Below the pieces are notes generated by a model. It saw only the letters and a program-made list of their open reading frames with translations, had not been told where the DNA came from and searched no databases. A stretch of 63,412 nt of DNA, counting the filler, from Rhabdomonas costata (taxonomy: Eukaryota): assembly GCA_019059605.1 (NCBI GenBank). It is 47 parts of 47 records of this genome, joined end to end, with 100 filler letters (N's around TTAATTAATTAA, not from the genome) between each part and the next. Parts side by side here need not be neighbours in the genome. Positions count along the whole stretch, not along the records: positions 35,145 to 36,395 come from JAHMHO010021871.1; positions 36,496 to 37,746 come from JAHMHO010021872.1; positions 37,847 to 39,097 come from JAHMHO010021873.1; positions 39,198 to 40,448 come from JAHMHO010021874.1; positions 40,549 to 41,799 come from JAHMHO010021875.1; positions 41,900 to 43,150 come from JAHMHO010021876.1; positions 43,251 to 44,501 come from JAHMHO010021877.1; positions 44,602 to 45,852 come from JAHMHO010021878.1; 39 more parts are not named here. The stretch is one strand, 5' to 3'. Numbering within the stretch: the first letter of the stretch is position 1; the number at the start of each line of letters is the position of its first letter. Of the stretch, positions 36,060 to 47,888 are shown in pieces. A program made the position numbers and the translations under genes.

Positions 36060-38279
36060 CTACACGGAAGTGCAAACAGCAATCTATTAATCACTTCGGG
36101 GGTGGTGGTGACATGAAATACACAGCAGATGGCAGGTTCAGCGATGTGGCGACTCTTCCAACTCTCGCCTGACATATAACGCCCTCATCACGTGCGTGAT
36201 AGTATAGCATGGCACATCTTCAATCTGCGGGTTAGTTTTTTTCACGGCACTGGGGCACAGGCACAGTTTCTCTTGCAGCGAAACAACAACAACAGACAAT
36301 CTACAAGAAGAAACGCGAAAAGATGTGAAGGGGAAAATTAATTAACACAAAAGAAAAAAAAGGCTATAAAACACAAAATACAGGGAAACAAACACNNNNN
36401 NNNNNNNNNNNNNNNNNNNNNNNNNNNNNNNNNNNNNNNTTAATTAATTAANNNNNNNNNNNNNNNNNNNNNNNNNNNNNNNNNNNNNNNNNNNNGTGTG
36501 GGTGGAGCAGGATTTTTTTCTGAAGAAGCCAGAGGGGCTTGGGGGTTGCAGAGGGGCTTGCACTTGCAGGATTTCATTTCAGGATTGGATGGAGGACAGG
36601 AACATGCACATAAAAACGGGTGATTTTTGAGGTATGTGTTTCGGAGTATTTGGAGCCGGGCTGGGAAAAGAAGGTGGTTGAGAAGAACATTCTGGAGTGG
36701 AGGCCCGAACTCCATCTATAATAGCGGGAAGGCGGAGGGCAGTAACAGCAACAGCACAGCAAACCCACCAAACAGTAAAAGAAGAAAATAAAACACACAC
36801 GCCAGAGTTGAGAAAAAGAGAGAGAGAGAAAGACAGAGAAGAGAAGAGAGCCGGAGGGAAGGAAGGTGGCACTGCGGGGAAAAAAAACAGCAGGTTGAAC
36901 CCCAGATCGAGTAGAGGAGACTAGGCTAGTCGGCCACAGAGCAATGCGAAGAGTGATTTTGTTTTTTGCTTCACTCACACCCCAGGTCACAACACACGAA
37001 AGGAGCGGTACGGCCAACTCCTCACGGTGACCTCGCACAACCACCCCGAGTGTGGACACACTTTGGAGATGCGCTTTGAAAACGAAGCAGGGCCCAGACC
37101 TGACCTGGAGTTGAAGTCGAGGAAAGCCGGGACAACGGGGAAGCCAACAGCAAGTGCATGTTTGTGGGGGAATGTTTCTTTCCGCGGCCGAAACCCATGG
37201 AAGCGGCGGTAAGGGAGGGGGGAGAGGAGTCCCCTCCCCCGCGGGACCCGTCCGGCGAAATGTGGAGGGGGTGGAGGACAGGTCATGGCTTGGTCTGTGG
37301 GCTGTGATGATCAGCGGCGAGCCCGGCTGGCGTACTTCCGAACTACACTGGACAGCAGCGCGGACAGGCTCTTGGCAGCCCTGACATGGATACAAAGAGA
37401 GTGGCTTGTTCTCTACCAACGACAAGAACCATGGACAAAGCTGAGGTGCTCAGAAGGTCTCAATACTAGTGCATTACGTCATTCGACTTCAGCATCACAT
37501 CATGCGGCTTCAACACCACTTCCTGTGTGTTCCTATACCGTATGAGAGCAATCATACCGGCCTTCTCTATGCCTTTGCACCGCGGTGGTTTTGTCGCAAT
37601 CGACCCACAAAAATAAATAGCAAAGCCCCACTTGCACACCACACGAATGCGCGCGCGCGCGCACACACCCACATACACACACACACACACCTCAGGTTCA
37701 TCCCGGTAAAGATGTGGAGGATGCACTCGCGGTCCCCGGGGGGCACNNNNNNNNNNNNNNNNNNNNNNNNNNNNNNNNNNNNNNNNNNNNTTAATTAATT
37801 AANNNNNNNNNNNNNNNNNNNNNNNNNNNNNNNNNNNNNNNNNNNNGTTTGTGGGGAGGGGCGGAAGGGGTGGGCACCCCTACCTCACAAGAGCCGTGGC
37901 CACCCCACGTTCCCGAGGGTGGGGCGCAACAGAGGCTGCTCCGTTGAGATGCATGGCGCTTCTTCCCCAAAAGCCTTCCCTCTGCGAAGAAGCCAACAAG
38001 CTCGCTCTGTATCTCTGCTATTGCAGAGGAGAGCAGAGAAGAGGGGAGGGTAGACAGAAGCGGATGTGGTGTGTGAGTGAGGGGCGCCTAATTAAATGAT
38101 GCATGAATGATTGAAAGTGGTTGGTATCGCAGTTACCGTATGTATGAGCGTGAGGCTAATTCTGTTCATTGTGTTTTGTATTTTTGTTGCTCTATGGGAA
38201 CGCACCTATGTGTAGTCCATGACGGTTGACTGTGAGTTGTGTGTGTGCAGTGTTTTTCTATTCAGCTTTTGTTGCCAAG

Positions 38280-38868
38280 GTGGAGATCCCTATCCACTTA
38301 AACCCAGAGACTCGGGAAGGCCTTCCCCGAGGGTTCGGCTTCGTTTTCGCCGTGTTTGCAGTGCATCAAGTGTGAAGATTTTTCAAGATTTGGGGCGCCT
38401 TGGTCTGGCCCAAAGCTTCAGGAAATGCTTCTTAATCGCGAGGCCACTGTGGTTGACGGGGCGTTGTCCTCATTGTCCACTCGCGTTAGTCCCCCCCCCC
38501 TTTCAGGATGTTGCGCAGTGAACGGTTGCATCAGAATGAAACCGACACACGCACGCTCGCAGCGTTCAGTTGAGAGAGTTGCTGAAAAAGCCAGAAGTGC
38601 TATTTGCAAGCTGGTGACATGGGAGGCAAGCAGAATGCATCTCAGGACTGGAAAGGGACTCAACACAAAGTTTTGGAAGAATGTCTGCGCACAAAGCAGG
38701 GTAGAGTCACAATTCGACCCCCCCTCCCCCACGGAAGTGGATGCCTTCGCAGAAGCCAGCGATTTATGGTCTCAGTTGACTGACACACATAGAGAGAGAG
38801 ACGACGACGACGACATACTACAAGCGAACAAAGGTCGCTTTCAAGAGGAGCTCTTCACACGCACTTAG
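38280..38868 (+). mobile_element. Degenerate retroviral-type (rve) integrase-like fragment
   Basis: YPLKPR, FSRFGAP and KPTHARSQRSVERVAEKARSAI occur in the order expected for the integrase core (PLK; F-x2-FG-x-P; P-x-HPQSQG-x-VER). The SDNG motif is not intact. Confidence 0.45.
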
Positions 38869-40191
38869 AAGAAACGAGTTTCCATTGTTTGTACTTTTTT
38901 CCACAGCACTATTTATTTTGCGGTTGCTCATTGTGCTGTCTTTGCTGCATTGCTACCCTCCAATAGCAACAAGTGAGCCGCTTCCATTTGTGTTGACCGC
39001 TCCCTGTCCCCTAAAGTATTCGCTCTAGCCTCAGCAGGTTCACCTTTCTCCCTCACACCTACCCTTCGAATGATGGGTTGGTTCAACCACACCCCCCNNN
39101 NNNNNNNNNNNNNNNNNNNNNNNNNNNNNNNNNNNNNNNNNTTAATTAATTAANNNNNNNNNNNNNNNNNNNNNNNNNNNNNNNNNNNNNNNNNNNNGGG
39201 TGTTGGTAGTACACCCAGGACTAGTGAAAAATGACAGCCGAAAAAGAATTGGCTACGGTCAGATTATACCGATCGCTATGTGTGCGTGTAGGCGCTGAAC
39301 GGACTGTTCTCGGCCCGGGCCCTGGCAGGGGTGCTGCACAGGCTGTGCCCCTCTGTGTTACGGCCTGAAACCCTAGCCGAGGCGCTAACGCCGCACTCCG
39401 TGGACACCTCCCTGCTGCAGCAGCTTCACACCGGAGCAAGGTGTGCACGATGTGTTGGTATTGTTTTGGGTTTGGGGGGAATGACGCAGGACTCATTCTT
39501 TTATTTATGAATTCGCAGCACTGCGGCACAGGTACAGGTGTTCTTGGAGCGGCTGAGTACTCTCAGGACTCTGGAGTTCAAAAACAAACAAATTAAATGT
39601 AGGAACGCGAGAAGATGTGAGGGGGGAGGCAAAGGACAAAAACTGAGTGAAACTGGAAAGGGAAACTGGAAACTACGAAGAAGGGGTCCAAAAGAGGGAA
39701 CATGGAGCAGTCTCTGATGAGCACGATTGAGCACTCATTCTGCAAAAACGCTGCCCGACTCCTCCAACAAAGTCCTGTAGCAGCAAGAAACCGCTGCGAA
39801 ACGTTAACCTCCGGCCTCCCAAATGACAACTTTGTCCCGGTGCCGGTGGGGCTGCCTTACTCCCCGGGTCCTGCATTTCTCTGTTGTGCTTGTTAGTGCT
39901 TGCGGCGCTGTGCTGTGGTGATCGGGGCTTTTTTGTTTTGTTTCTTTCCTCACTGATACACCTATTGGCTTTTTTGCTCGACGTGGCCCCTCACTATCGT
40001 TCTGAAGGGTGCCCTTTGCATTCACCACGACTTTGTTGCCCTTTGACCCCCCCCCCGATTATAACGGGTGCACGCGGTAAGGGGGCACCGCCCTCTGCGG
40101 TTCCGTTTATCCACTCGATGGAGCGTTTCCCCATTTTTTTTTAGCAAACGGCGCCTTTTCCTTTTCTTCGTCCCATCTTTCCATTTCACAG

Positions 40192-40400
40192 CTCCACATT
40201 CTGGGGCCTTGGGTACCAGCTCTTCAGCACCCCCTCCCCAGCACCCGAGTCGACGCCGCCTGCCTTCAGCACCTCCTCGTATGGTGTCCCGTATTCCCGA
40301 GCTCTTCCTGCCTTTGGCGGGGGCTCGGTGTGGGGAGGCGGCCTGGCCCTGGTCGACCCCTCTCACCGCCTGACTATCGTACTGCTCCCCACGGCAGTGC
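40192..40400 (+). CDS. Exon resembling the C-terminal part of a beta-lactamase-like serine hydrolase domain
   Basis: After a polypyrimidine-AG: STFWGLGYQLF...AFGGGSVWGGGLALVDPSHRLTIVLLP. Not in the ORF track. End approximate. Confidence 0.45.
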
Positions 40401-43400
40401 CCTTGGTGCCTGCCGTGAACCGGGCCAAGGGCAGGGACCCCGCCTCGANNNNNNNNNNNNNNNNNNNNNNNNNNNNNNNNNNNNNNNNNNNNTTAATTAA
40501 TTAANNNNNNNNNNNNNNNNNNNNNNNNNNNNNNNNNNNNNNNNNNNNGGGGGGTTGTACAATGGTGCGTGTGTGGGGCTGCGCGAGCTCGGCTAGATAG
40601 GGCGACTCGAAGTTGCCCCTCTTGAGCCTATAGCCCTGTGGCCGCTGCACAGTGCTTGCGGCTGCTGCGGAAATCAGACGGCCTTTGCAGAGAGGGACAC
40701 TGCCGTTTGTCGTTCACCCCTCGTCTCTGCATTCATGATTTTCTAAGCTATCTTCTTTTGAGTGGGGTCCACAGAGAGAGAGGGGTAGAGAGAGAGCGAA
40801 CTCACAGAGAACGAGAAGGAAGAACGAAGTTGGGCAATTACGCGGCATTTAGGGGGGCAGTTGAGCGCAGACAACAACTTCTTGGCTCCTTTCCTGTCTT
40901 TGTGCCTTTGTGCGTAACGATCAACACAACGCTAGGAAACCAGTGGAGCATGGAACGTGCGCCTACTGTCGCTTGGCTTGGTGGCGAGCTACTCTGGGCA
41001 CGCCACAAGCTCAGGAGACTCTGGTTCAAAAACTCTTATCGGAATACATAAGGAGATATGGAGGTTGTGAATGGTCCGGAAGGAGAGACACACGCTTCCA
41101 GGTCAAGTTCGCACAGTGTGGTGATTTTAGCTGTGACTTCAAGTCATAGAAACACGAAACGCTAACCGACTGGTGTTCAGCGCCCACAGCAACACCCAAT
41201 AACACAGTGACTTTAACATGGGAGATCCACTTATTTGGGCAAACCAAATTCAAAAGAAAAAACGACTGCTTTCGCCCTTTCGCTGTCTGCAATGGGATGG
41301 CTTCAACTACACAGGCTAGAATTAGCTCAACTGATTGATCTCAAAAATTGAAATTTTCCATTCAACACCCACCACCGCTGCTCATCAAGCGCGCGGGATG
41401 ATTCCGGTAACAGGTCGCAATAGTGTACCAGTGTTCACTGGCATGCCCACAAACGGTCAAGAGTCTGCAACATTGACCTATACTTCAGGTCAAGGGGAGA
41501 GTACACACAGGCAAACGGTGATCGAGGCAGGTTAAATTGTGGAAAAGAGGGATTCAAATTTTTTTAGTGCAAGCTCGATCACCTCGAGGAAGATCGAGAG
41601 CGTTTTCTGCTCGGCATCGGAATATTTAAGTAGGCATGTGATTATGGCGTCGGTGGGAAGGGATTTTGGTTGGCAATTACATTTCAAATTGGGAATTTGA
41701 CACTTACATCAATCCAGCGTTAATAGCGGGAGATGAAGGCCATTGCAAAAGCAAATCGTACAGCTTTGAGGGTAGATTCGCCGTACCCCCTCCCGCCCTN
41801 NNNNNNNNNNNNNNNNNNNNNNNNNNNNNNNNNNNNNNNNNNNTTAATTAATTAANNNNNNNNNNNNNNNNNNNNNNNNNNNNNNNNNNNNNNNNNNNNT
41901 CGTGAGAGCCTTGCCCCTTCTGTTTCCTTTAATGTCGGGCTTCATTACGATTGGTTTCTGACATTTTTTCACTGTTGTCATGGCCTGGGGCGGTTTATCA
42001 CCCTGGGGTTTCCAAGTGAGTGAGTGCTGCGTATACGTTGTCGCGGCGTGATTTAAGTGTGAGCTCCGGCTCGCCCGTGTGCATGCTTGCTCATGCAAGT
42101 TCTATAATTTGACCAGATGAGGAGCATCAACAGGTCTCTTGGGGTAGGGTCGAACGCGGGAAAGTGAATATCCTTGATACCCTCAAGGTTGTTGAATGTC
42201 TTATTTTCATCAAATAAGTATTTTATTTGCGCCTCTTTTTACCCCCACTCCACCCACGCGCATGCATTGTGTTTGGGATAGTGGGGACCAAAATGGATGC
42301 TGGTGCCCCAGCGGAGAGATCTGGGAATCCGGAAACCGATCCACCCATCGAACCTCCGTTTCCAGCAAACACATTGGGGGATTGGGAAGAGGTCATTGCT
42401 GTGTCTTTTGTCTCACATCTATTTCTGTCAAGGCGAGTCTCCGTAAGAACATTGTCATTCTTCCCGGTGTGCTTTCTCATCCTTCCACGCACCACGTGCA
42501 CATCGCACCCCAATGTCTGGTTTTTTGCCCCTCCGTGTTCTGTTCAAGCGTGGTTGCCAGTACTCTTTAATTTCGTGTATCCCTGCTGCTCCCGAAGGAA
42601 TTCTGATCTTTTTTTTAGAGATGGGGGTGTAGGCATGCTTTTCTCTTGTGTGTGCGGTGGCCCGTGACATCTGGTTTCGGGGGGTTGCAAGTGTATGTCC
42701 ATCCGCTTTTTTTACTTCCTTCATTTCTCTATTTCAGTGGAAGGTGGAACCAGTAGAGTGCAGCATTCACAATTGAGCACAGCGGTTTCTTGTGCGTGTG
42801 GTGGCAGACGGGTTGTTCTTGAGGTGAGCCTCCTCTGGGATTCCCGTGCAATTGAAGCGGAAGTACAAGCAATGTGTCCATCACTTTCATAAAATCGCTG
42901 GGTTACGATTACAATTGAGGGCGGGAGGAGAAAGAGGACTGCTCGTTCTCGGCCATGATCCGCTTCCGCCGTCGCACTCCGCGAGGCGTTCACAGAGCAG
43001 GAGGTGAAAGAACCGCAAGATGATGGTCACCTCCCACTTCCCAAGGTTCGGCAAAAAAGCCCTCGCTGTAGTAATCCCCCTCCAACTTAGGTAGATGGGT
43101 TTGTAAACACGCACATGGTATGATGGGGCGACCCCGAACCCCACAACACANNNNNNNNNNNNNNNNNNNNNNNNNNNNNNNNNNNNNNNNNNNNTTAATT
43201 AATTAANNNNNNNNNNNNNNNNNNNNNNNNNNNNNNNNNNNNNNNNNNNNGGCGTGAAGCACATTCTCAATACACTAGAAGTTTGGTAACATGTTCGGGT
43301 TTTACACGTGCACACGCAAATGATTGAAACAGGCAGATGCAATTATCGTTTTTGCAACACTCCACATGCATTATCCAACAGCATTGCGTCTGCAAAGATA

Positions 43401-43521
43401 GAATACCGCAGGATAAAGAAAACGTAACCAACATAACCATGAAAAAGTCTTTCAAGCTGAGGTGCTCCACCACTTCTCCACTGCTCCACTCCACTGAAGA
43501 AAGCCAGAGCTGCAACAAGAC

Positions 43522-44051
43522 CTTGGGCGATCGACGCTGCGGTCTCGGCAAGAGTCTGGAGGACGGCCTGCAAGGTCTGCGCGAGCTGCTGCTGCTCACT
43601 CTCCAAAACATAGCACCTGAAGCCAGCGAATAAAACCCACGCTTAATTCGGAGAACCGGGCGGGTCCTCACACCGTATCCTCACTCCTCATTTACTTCAC
43701 CTCCGAGAGAACTGTGCACCAAAAATCGTACCGCTGCCGCGCCTCATTGGCTTGCGCTTCCATCGCTGTCAACTGGGCGGCCAGTGCAGGGTCTGGGGCT
43801 GCCTCGCGAGCCTCGGCCTGAAAGTTCATAAACCCAGGAATGTAAAGTGATGCAGTTGTTCCCCTCTGAAACCACGCTTTCTTCGCAGCAGGTTCAGACA
43901 TCAGATAGCAAATCACACAAATTTGACGAAAGGGCACGTGATGAAAAAAGCAAAACCAATCAAAAGCGATGGGAGAGTAGCAAACCCTCTGGCCTTGCGC
44001 CAGGCGCATTTCCAGCGCTGTGATGTGCTGCTGGGCCGCCGAGAGCTGCCA
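43522..44051 (-). CDS. Coiled-coil protein, at least three exons
   Basis: Exons 44051-43986, 43817-43732 and 43616-~43522 are phase-compatible through GT-AG introns; A/Q/E/L-rich. Confidence 0.65.
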
Positions 44052-45093
44052 CTGCGCGGGGTGCAAGAATGCGGAAGGGTGCAGATCCCCCATATCGAGC
44101 GCAGGAAACAAGTGGCAGTTTTAATGGCAGACCGTCCCGCCGGCGACAGGCGATAAACCAAGAGGCACATCGTAACTCAAAGTGATACAAAATCATTCAC
44201 AACATGCTTACTTCAAAACCTTCCAAAAGCAAAATGGAGCTTTATAAATTATTAAAGAATTGTCACTCCTTTCATAACTCTGAGGTGAGTCAGCTTCCAG
44301 CAAAAGCGGCTCAAAACCGCTTGCGCTCAGCTGAGCGTCATTGCTGAATTGCTGAACACCTTCCGACGGAAAGCGTGCATGCACATGTATCAGGTGTGAG
44401 GCTTTACTCCGGTGATCAAGGAGCCTTTTCCGTCCGTCACTGCGAGGGTGGAAAAGGCTCCTTGATCACCGGAGTAAAGCCACACACCACCACCCCAACA
44501 ANNNNNNNNNNNNNNNNNNNNNNNNNNNNNNNNNNNNNNNNNNNNTTAATTAATTAANNNNNNNNNNNNNNNNNNNNNNNNNNNNNNNNNNNNNNNNNNN
44601 NGGTTGTTTTTTGTGTTGGCAGGTCAGCGAGGTGAGACTTGAGCTCTCCTCTACAATGTTTGGTCAACCCGGAAGCAAAGAGTCTAGTCCTACCCTCAGT
44701 AGGGCGAGCTAACACGACACCTAGCGCTTTGCAGAGTCCAAAGCATCTGATGGCTAATGTGGCGCTTTCTTCACTGGGGGAACATCTTAGTTCATCCATA
44801 AGCCGGAGGGATGTGATTTTGCCTTGCTGTCTCTCGCCCTCCTTGATGTGATCTTGGTGACACCGAACAGGTGGAAGACGAGCAGCCATTCAGCGTTTAT
44901 AAACTGTTTTGCGTTCCGCAGCGTTCCAACGGCCCCCCAACCTCCGCAACGTATACTCTGAATAAACAAAAGCAGAGCAGGAGAGTCAAGCAGTTACCGC
45001 TGTTTTGAAGGTGGGAAAGCGGCGCCATCTCTCCAACAATACACTGAACTGAAGGTGACCAAATAGACTCCCAACACAATCATATGCACATGC

Positions 45094-45285
45094 CTGGGAC
45101 TCCGTGGTGGCCTCCGGGCCTCGCATCCTCACCAACAGCCGCACCGGCTCCACGGCAAGCTGCACGGTGCGGAAGGTTTGCCCACTGGAGAGGTGCAGGA
45201 AGCTCACCAGGCCCTCCACGTTGGCAACGGCGAGGTCCTCGTCGTGGTTCACCAGGATCATCGTCACAATGAGACAGTCTTGAAC
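45094..45285 (-). CDS. Exon of probable beta-propeller (WD40-like) protein
   Basis: DCLIVTMILVNHDEDLAVANVEGLVSFLHLSSGQTFRTVQL; high GC3; ends at CAG|GCATGT. Confidence 0.45.
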
Positions 45286-46729
45286 CTGGATTAGATTTTA
45301 TGCGGAACGATGGTAACAACAGAGGCCGGGGGGGATCAGAAATCGAGTAGGGATCCTCACTTGCAGCACTCCCCCCCCCCTTCAGGGGCCCTCCTGTGCA
45401 GGTTGAGACACTGCGTAACCGTTGTGTCTCTTTTTCCCCTTGTGATCACACAACGTGAAGGAGCCGGTTGGCAGCGAGGAGTGGTCCGGGAAAGAGAGAC
45501 TCGGTATGACATATGAGACCACAAACGCCGAAGAAGGCAAGCGAAGGCAGAGTCATGTCTTCCACAGCACAATGGCTTTCAGTTGGTCAACAGAAGGGAA
45601 GCGTGGGCTGCACGAATGCATGAATACAGATGCCAAAATGGGAAGCAGGAGCGTGGGGTGGAGTACTGAAGGCGGAACCAACTGCACACCGAATCGTAGA
45701 CGGATTGGAGCTCCCCAGTCTCGCTCTGGTGAGTGACAAAAAAACAGGGGTCCAGAAAAAAAACGAGGCAGAGCATTCTTAGGTGGTGGGACGACTGCCA
45801 ACCCCAGTTTCCGACGTTTCTGTTCAACAAACACCCACCCACACCCAACACANNNNNNNNNNNNNNNNNNNNNNNNNNNNNNNNNNNNNNNNNNNNTTAA
45901 TTAATTAANNNNNNNNNNNNNNNNNNNNNNNNNNNNNNNNNNNNNNNNNNNNGACTGGTACGGTACACACATAGAGGCTCAGTGTTACCTTTACGCTCTA
46001 TGCTACGACCTACGCCAATACCAACACCATGAGTCAGCACACATCCGCATCCGTATACGCTACTAACAGGGTAATTAAGCCCCTAAGTTGGCGTGTACGT
46101 CTATTTACTGTGGAGCCAATGCGTATATCCTACTGCCTGTTATGTCCTACTACTGCTGTGGTTACCAACGCTTACCACTACAGGTTGGGTCTTACCGTAC
46201 CACGCGCTACCATGGTGGGTGTGGAACCATTACTTAAGCAATGGCTACGTGAGAGATGCTGCATGAACAGTGCTTATCCCTCCCACGTAAGACGCTAGAT
46301 GGGGTTATGCAACCTTGACCAACCTGTGGCGTGATCACACAACTCGCCCCAACCTACCCCAGACTCACAGGCGTAGTTATAGGTGTTGAGCACAGAGATA
46401 CCCGTAGCGTTCCACCGAAGCCATCCACTCTGGTAACCCGTCCCCTTCATGAATCCTTAAAGTGATCTTGTCGCATCGCGAGCTAGGTGTTGGTGCTCCG
46501 GTGAATGGACCCAGCGTGTCGTTCATGTCAGCATTACCTGGGTGCCATTCCTCGGTCACCGGTAGATTTCAGTAGTTGCCGCTTGCCATCCAGATGACCT
46601 TGCGTTCAATCCTTCAAGTGCCTGGCTAAGCTTCGATGTGGTTACTCAGGCGTCCCCTTTCACACACCTACACTTGTAGTTAACTGACGACGTCACTGCT
46701 GCCGAATTCCTTCATCTCACCATCTCGGC

Positions 46730-47200
46730 TTGGATATCCCGAAGGACATCATGAACCCCGACACCGAATGCAAAGAGCGAACCCGAAACCCAAACCCACC
46801 ATCGAACTCCTCCATCTCACTCAACCCCTTCAATGCGAATGCAGATACGAATACAGAACCCAACCACCGAAATCCGAACCCCAACCTCCAACTCCGACTC
46901 CGACTCCGACTCCAGAACCCAGAAGACAGAAACCCAACGCATGAATACCGAATACATGAATACCCAACCCGAATGCGAAGACCAACCTCCGAAGAGGAAC
47001 CCCGAACTCTGAAGAGAGAAACCGAAGACCAAATGCAAAGACCGAAAGCAAACACCCCAACTCAGAAATCGAAACCAAAGACCCCAACGGAATTCTGACC
47101 CTCCATCCAACTCACCCTTCGAACCCAAAGACCACCACGTAAGATGCCTGAACCCACACCCAACCTGCACTCACCACAGAAACCCACACCCCAAACACAC
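46730..47200. repeat. Low-complexity degenerate CCGAA/AACCC/CCGACT short-period repeat
   Basis: CCGACT tandem copies near 46890-46913 and many CCGAA-type units. Confidence 0.6.
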
Positions 47201-47569
47201 ACAACCNNNNNNNNNNNNNNNNNNNNNNNNNNNNNNNNNNNNNNNNNNNNTTAATTAATTAANNNNNNNNNNNNNNNNNNNNNNNNNNNNNNNNNNNNNN
47301 NNNNNNGGGTGTTTGTGGGCGTTGAAGGGGTCTTTATTAATGGACTTGCTGGATTTGCAGGCTCAATGCTTTCCTTTCGAACGGGGCTGGATCACACCGA
47401 GACTGGTATTTTTCCCATGCATTTAGCGCTGATCAGGCCGTTGAAGCATTTTCTGCCTCTTTTTCGCGTATCGGAAAATAAATTCATAAAAATCTTGTCG
47501 CCTTGTGATATGCATCTCATGGGTACCGTGCGTGACCCTCGCACCTAGCTATGCCAAGCCCGCGGACTA

Positions 47570-47888
47570 CCTCCGGCGGTCCTTCTCGAAGCACAGCGTG
47601 AAGGAGCTCTTCCTGCACATCAAGCTCACGTTCATCCGCGGCTAAAGCCTCTAGACAGTGCACATGTGGCAGGAGAAGGAAGACGGGACGGCTGGCGAGG
47701 GCACATGTGTTTGGGGCCAGACCCCCCTTGGGGATCGAGGTGGACCACACCTCTTGCGGAAATGTGCGGGGATGTGCGGAGCCTGGGTCTTCTGTTGCTT
47801 CGGCTTCCGACTTCTTCCCACACCAGTGCATGGGCCTCCGCCACACTCTCTTCCGGGCTTCCGAGTATTTATCGATCGTCTTTCTCAT
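47570..47888 (-). CDS. Unknown protein, two putative exons
   Basis: MRKTIDKYSEARKRVW...FPQE|gt and ALAADERELDVQEELLHAVLREGPPE|gt. Confidence 0.35.

Noticed and set aside
43494..43521. 28-nt GT-AG micro-intron
   Set aside because: Read-through in the same frame is equally plausible; it cannot be decided without transcripts.
44400..44481. Terminal perfect hairpins as MITEs, terminators or nonconventional intron stems
   Set aside because: They are perfect, unrelated to each other and always flush with primer-like contig ends, which fits fold-back chimeras better.
46717..47170. ORFs with NPNP, RLRL or ESES repeats
   Set aside because: These are products of low-complexity hexamer repeats, open in several frames with no coding bias.
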